DNA from: Vicugna vicugna
Taxonomy: Eukaryota
Direction of reading: 5' to 3'
Assembly (NCBI GenBank): GCA_013265495.1
Contig: MU058205.1
Coordinates: forward strand, 260,312-324,311
DNA: 64,000 nucleotides
The notes below the pieces were generated by a model. That model was not told the origin of the DNA. It saw nothing but the letters and a program-made list of their open reading frames with translations, and did not search any database. The position numbers were made by a program, and so were the translations under genes. Of this stretch, positions 59,340 through 64,000 are shown piece by piece; position 1 is the first letter of the stretch, and each line of letters opens with the position of its first letter.

Positions 59340-61593
59340 AAATCAATGCAGAGAATGTGACAGGACCTACACGAGGACTTGTCCTGTTGCAGTAGGATCA
59401 TTGCTGAAAAGAGCTCTTACCAGCCCCTGCACATTCTAAAGAGAGGCGCTCAAAATAATGGCAGGAGGTGCTGAAAGGCGGCCAAATACTAGTTTTTGGA
59501 ATTTTAGTTACTCACTCACTTCCGGGCTACATAATGGGGAGAGGAGTTCACTAAAGGGGTGTGAAGGTGCCTTTAAGGACAGTTGAGGCATTGGGTACCT
59601 TTGTCCTGCTTCAGGAGAGGAGGGACACCCTGCCTGCATCCCGTTCAAGCCAGGCGAGGGGAGAGGAGGCTTGAGGAGAACCAGCCTCAGAACCTGGAGG
59701 TCTAGGCCCGCAGGGAGACCGGGCTCCACCGGAGGTTCTGCCTCCTCACCTGAGGACGCGCTCAGGGCCCAAACCAGGAGGGAGTGGAAGAGAGAATGAA
59801 GGGCATGCAGGTAAAACAGAGGAAGGAAAAGCACACAGTCGAGGCACAGTGCTGGCTGCGGCTTCCTGCCTTCACCCACAGGCCTCTCCCCTGTGGAAGC
59901 CAGCCAGGGCTGCAGCTCAGCCGTGAGTTCCCTCCCCCGCCCCCACCCCAGCACCCTGGGACCCTTCTCCATCCCTTCATGACGTTTATCTTGGCAGCAG
60001 CACTAGCTGGGCTGTCAGCCGGCTCCGCTTTCCGTCCCCTGTGTCCGAGGTGCTCAGCCAACACTTCAGGCGGGATTAGGAAAAGTAATTGGCAGCTAGT
60101 TGGGCAAAATTCTGTGGGACATTTGTCTAAAGACAGCCCGAGAGAGCTAAGTTACCCCGAGCTGGACACCCCCACTTCCCCCTGCTCACCCAGCTGGGCC
60201 CTGGGAGACACAGGAAGCCCCTTTTCCTCAAACATACCACCCAGCCTGGGATCCCGCGTCCCCAGCAGAGAAGCTGAGAATGTGCTTAGGGCAACGTCAA
60301 CACAGGGACCTTCCCCTCAACACCTTTGTTAAGATTTTGATGATTTCCATTAAAAATGTTTTTGACGTAATCATCTTGAGATGCTTGAATCTTGAATGTT
60401 TTGGATTTTCGTAAACACACAGTTCAGAGTTGTATTCATTTTTAGTTGCATGTGGTGAGGGGGTGGGGTGTGCTCTGGGCTCCTGGCCCAAGGCCACCAA
60501 GAGTCCAAGAGTCAAAAAGGCGTCTGCAGCTCTCCCTGTGCCAGGCCCGCTCCCAAGCTCCACACTCACGCCCGGTCAGCCCACACATCAGGAGAGGGAG
60601 GCCCAGAGAGGTTTTAGGGAGTTGAGTCCAAGACCCCACAAGTGGCGAGCAGCAGAGCCCAGCTTCAGGCCCCAGCATGCGTTGCCAAAGCCAGATACAG
60701 GATACACCCTCCCTTCTTTCTGTGGCCTGCCTCCCTTGGGGCTGCTGCTGCTCGGAGCAGCCAGTGAGAGGATGACCCCAGGGCCTGAGTGGATCCCGTG
60801 CAGGACCACTCCCGGGTAAGCCCGCCGTTGGCCTTTGCCTACACGCCACTGGGAAGGGGCAGCCAGACCCCATGACACCTGAACAACTCGCCCCCCTTCT
60901 CTGGGTCTCCGTTTCCTCAGTTACAGGAAGAGATGACAAGACCACTTCGGCCATAGTCAGTTAGACTTAAATGCAGTGGAGGAGAAAAGGCTGAGCGCTC
61001 GCCGGAATCTAGAACACTCAGGTCTCCACTGGGCGGGGCCGTCAGCCCGTGTGGGGCTCCGGGGACAGCAGGTCCCACCCCGGAGCAGGAGCGGGAGCAG
61101 GGAAGTGGGGCCCCCCTGGATTAACAGGTCCAGAACTCACACCCCCGGGTGAAGCCCACCCAGGCTCCTTGGGCAGCACCGGCTTCCGGCTGCAAGTGGG
61201 CTTCGGGCGCAGAGCCCCAGGCCCAGGCCCAGGGGCCTGGGTGGGGCCCGGGCAGCGCGGCTCATGTTCCATGGGTGCCAGGGCCTGCAAACCCCCAGAA
61301 ACTATTCAGAGTAAGAGTAAGGAGCTCCGGGCAGAGGCCAGAACCTGAACACAAAGCTGAACCCAGGACCTGAGGGCTGGCGTCTGGAGTGTTAGAGCCC
61401 AGACTTCACAGCACCAGCCAGCAGACTGCAGATCCATCCGTACTCCCCTCCCTCCCCAGGGCCCTCATTGTCTCACCCTGGGAGATGTCTCCAGGTACAA
61501 ATGTTATCATTTGAAATGGGTGAAGGATGCGCTCTCATTTTTATGTAAACATCGTTCTAAATGAAGCATCTTTGGAAAACCACTCTGTCATTG

Positions 61594-61822
61594 TCAGGGG
61601 TCCAGCAAGCTTTTCCCTTCCAGGGCCAGACTGTCAGTATTTTCAATCTTGGGCAGGTCATACGGTCTCTGTCACAATTACTTTCATCTGCCCCCAGCAC
61701 GAAAGCAACCATGAATAATCGGTAAGTGAATGGACATGGGGCCGTGTTCCAATAAAACTTTATTTACAAAAGCAGGTGGTGGGCTGGATTTGGCCCACTG
61801 TTCCGAGCTGTCACCTCCATGC
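61594..61822 (+). mobile_element. MER58A-like hAT MITE
   Basis: CAGGGGTCCAGCAAGC...CATACGGTCTCTGTCACAA...GTGTTCCAATAAAACTTTATTTACAAAAGCAGGTGGTGGGCTGGATTTGGCCC. Confidence 0.9.
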
Positions 61823-62734
61823 TCTCTAATTTGGCATCGAGGTAAAGCCAGTGCTTACTCTGCAAACACAGCTGTAGCTGGTGATGCTAGCACCTTCCCC
61901 CCAACCCCCCAACCAAATTCCTGCCTCCAAGCCTTGTCTATGTAAAAACACTGGAGTTCCCCTGGTCCTGGATAACCTTTCCTGATACCAGCCAAGGCCT
62001 CCGTCCATGGCACCCACCCAGGGTGCCTGCCTGGCCGGGGGGCAGAAGGAACCAGTGAGTCTGAGTTAGTGCCGAGGGCAGCCAGTGAGAAGAGACAGCT
62101 CATGGTCTCTGCTGTTCAGATAGGAAATTATTTTTCTGGTCTTTCTCCAAAGAACTGCACTGATAACAAACAGATTGATGCCAATTAAAACAAGAAGGGA
62201 GAGCTGGCCCTGTCCCCAGTAGAGGAGCTGGTGGCAAGCATGTCCCAACTGGAAAGCGTTCTGCTTTCTTCTTCCCGCCAGCGCCGAGTGGGGAGGTGGG
62301 AACTGGGGCCACCAGGACCCAGGCGGACAGGCCTGAGGGACTCCCGCGTGCCCAGAAGGACAGAGGGCTGAAAACATAATTGGAAGGATTTAGTCTAGGG
62401 GCGCTGGGTTTCTGGAAAAGGCCTGGACGGCCTCATTTCCTTGAGGCTTCTAAGAAAAGGGAAGGTTTTCACTGCTTAGAAGGAGAGGAGATAAGATTTC
62501 CTAAAGGCAAAGAAGGCGAGACTTGAGTTTCTCTGTGGTGATAATCATCGTGGTGTGGATGAAAGTTGCATCTCTAATTTATTAAGAGTTCCCTCAGTGC
62601 CAGGCCCCGAGCTAAATGTGTAAGCTCCACTTGACAGAGAAGGAAGCAAAGATTGGGCACAGTTGTGCCCAACACCTCCCAGCTGGGTTTGAACCCAGGT
62701 CTCCAAATCTCATTTGCTAACACAGTGCGCTACA

Positions 62735-63290
62735 CTGTCACTGAACAGAGTGTGGTCTTGTAGCAGTCAGGGCTCCCCAGAGAAGCAGCAAGCTGCCCCA
62801 GTATGTGCAGGGGGTGGTCTCCGGGAGAGAGATTGATTTATCTTAAGGAACTGGCTCACAGGATTGTGGACATGTGGTAAGCCCAAAGTTTGCAGGGCAG
62901 GCCAGCATGAGGAGAACCAGGAGAGTCACAGTTCACATGCAAAGGCCCTCGCGTGGGCTGACAGAATTCCTTCCCCTTCCAGGAAGCTCAGTCTTTGGGC
63001 TCTGATGGTCTTCAACTGATTGGGTGAGGCCCACCACATTATGGAGGGTCATCTGCTTTACTTGATGTGTACACATTTCAATATCAATCTCATCTAAAAA
63101 ATACCTTCACAGAAACGTCTAGAATAGTATTTGACCACATATCTGGGTATTGTGGCCTGGCCAAGTTGACACATAAAATTAACCATCACAAGTCCCTTCA
63201 GCACCTGCATCACCTGGGAGCTGGTTAGAAACCCCAAATCAGCCCGACCAGACCTACTGAGTCAGCGTCTGCGTGGAGAGTGGGAAATGC
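62735..63290. mobile_element. MER5A-like MITE split by the MLT2 LTR
   Basis: AGTGTGGTC before the LTR; GCATCACCTGGGAGCTGGTTAGAAA...CAGACCTACTGAGTCAG after it. Confidence 0.65.
62759..63190 (-). mobile_element. ERVL solo LTR (MLT2D/MLT2B-like)
   Basis: Ends CCAAGTTGACACATAAAATTAACCATCACA; interior TAAGGAACTGGCTCACAGGATTGTGG and TTCAACTGATTGGGTGAGGCCCACC; TG...CA termini. Confidence 0.92.
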
Positions 63291-64000
63291 TGCCCAAGAC
63301 CGCTGCTCTCTGCTGCTTCTAAGACTTACTACCTGCCTCCCACCGACACCTACAACAACTCAGTGATTTCTCCGGTCGCTCCGATTCCACAGTGAGGGGA
63401 GGTAAAATCTGGATGTTCTGTGATGGGCTGCGCAGGGATTCCTGGTCCCCACTGTAGATCTCACCGCTTCACTCCCTCCACGTCTCCTGAACCCCTCCAG
63501 GTCTGATGCCCTGGGGTCCCAGAACACGCCCCCTTCCTGGTCCACAAGGCATGGAGGTGCCCGCCATCTTCCGTCCCCCACACTGGGGAGATGGCCCTGT
63601 GGGGGGGAGGACCCCAGGCTGTGAGTCAGGAGAACTGGGTTCTGCGTGGATTTCTGACTCTGTGTGACGACAACCCATCACTAGCTACCTTCTCTGGTCC
63701 ATCATTGTCTTAGGTGTAAAAATGAAGGCTTTGTCCCACATCAGTGGCTTTCAAGCCACTCTCTCCCTGCCAGTGGAATCCTTTTGGGTAACTGAAATAT
63801 TACATACAACCCCAAAATGCACAACAGGTGAGACTGGAGAGTGATAAATAAAGGAGAGGAGGGTAGATAACCTTGGCCGAGCCCTACCCAGGCTCCCCCT
63901 TCCCTCCCTCATACCTGCAGGCCACTCCTGAATGTGAGTTTACAGGGAGCAACCTGAACCCCACTGCCAGGTCCCAGGAGGTGGGGGCCTCTTCCAGCCG

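Noticed and set aside
1..64000. A novel multi-gene biological system
   Set aside because: No supportable gene cluster, intact long ORF or structured RNA array; the content is explained by mammalian repeats plus unique non-coding DNA

Overview
This is mammalian nuclear DNA, most likely from a camelid (alpaca, llama or camel). That inference rests on seven copies of a tRNA-Ala-derived SINE with an AATAAA/CCTAATTAC-type tail (Vic-1-like), a Tigger2a_Art-like MITE, cetartiodactyl-type L1 3' ends, and no recognisable ruminant (Bov-A/BovB) or pig (PRE-1) SINEs. The window is moderately GC-rich and looks intronic or intergenic. I found no protein-coding gene, RNA gene or CRISPR array that I can support; the ORF track is explained by chance ORFs, repeats and L1 fossils. 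Recognisable content is transposon fossils: two internally deleted old L1s, several younger 5'-truncated L1s with TSDs, L2, MIR, MaLR/ERV LTRs, and hAT and Tigger elements. There is also a 15-bp minisatellite with a 45-bp higher-order unit and several unique enhancer-like blocks. I could not identify a novel biological system. The best leads are a candidate 18-nt in-frame microexon (43080-43097), a strong cryptic exon inside a Charlie transposase fossil, local AT-to-GC substitution bursts suggesting GC-biased gene conversion, and unusual L1 architectures. Repeat subfamily names come from recalled consensus sequences and need Dfam/RepeatMasker confirmation; many boundaries are approximate.
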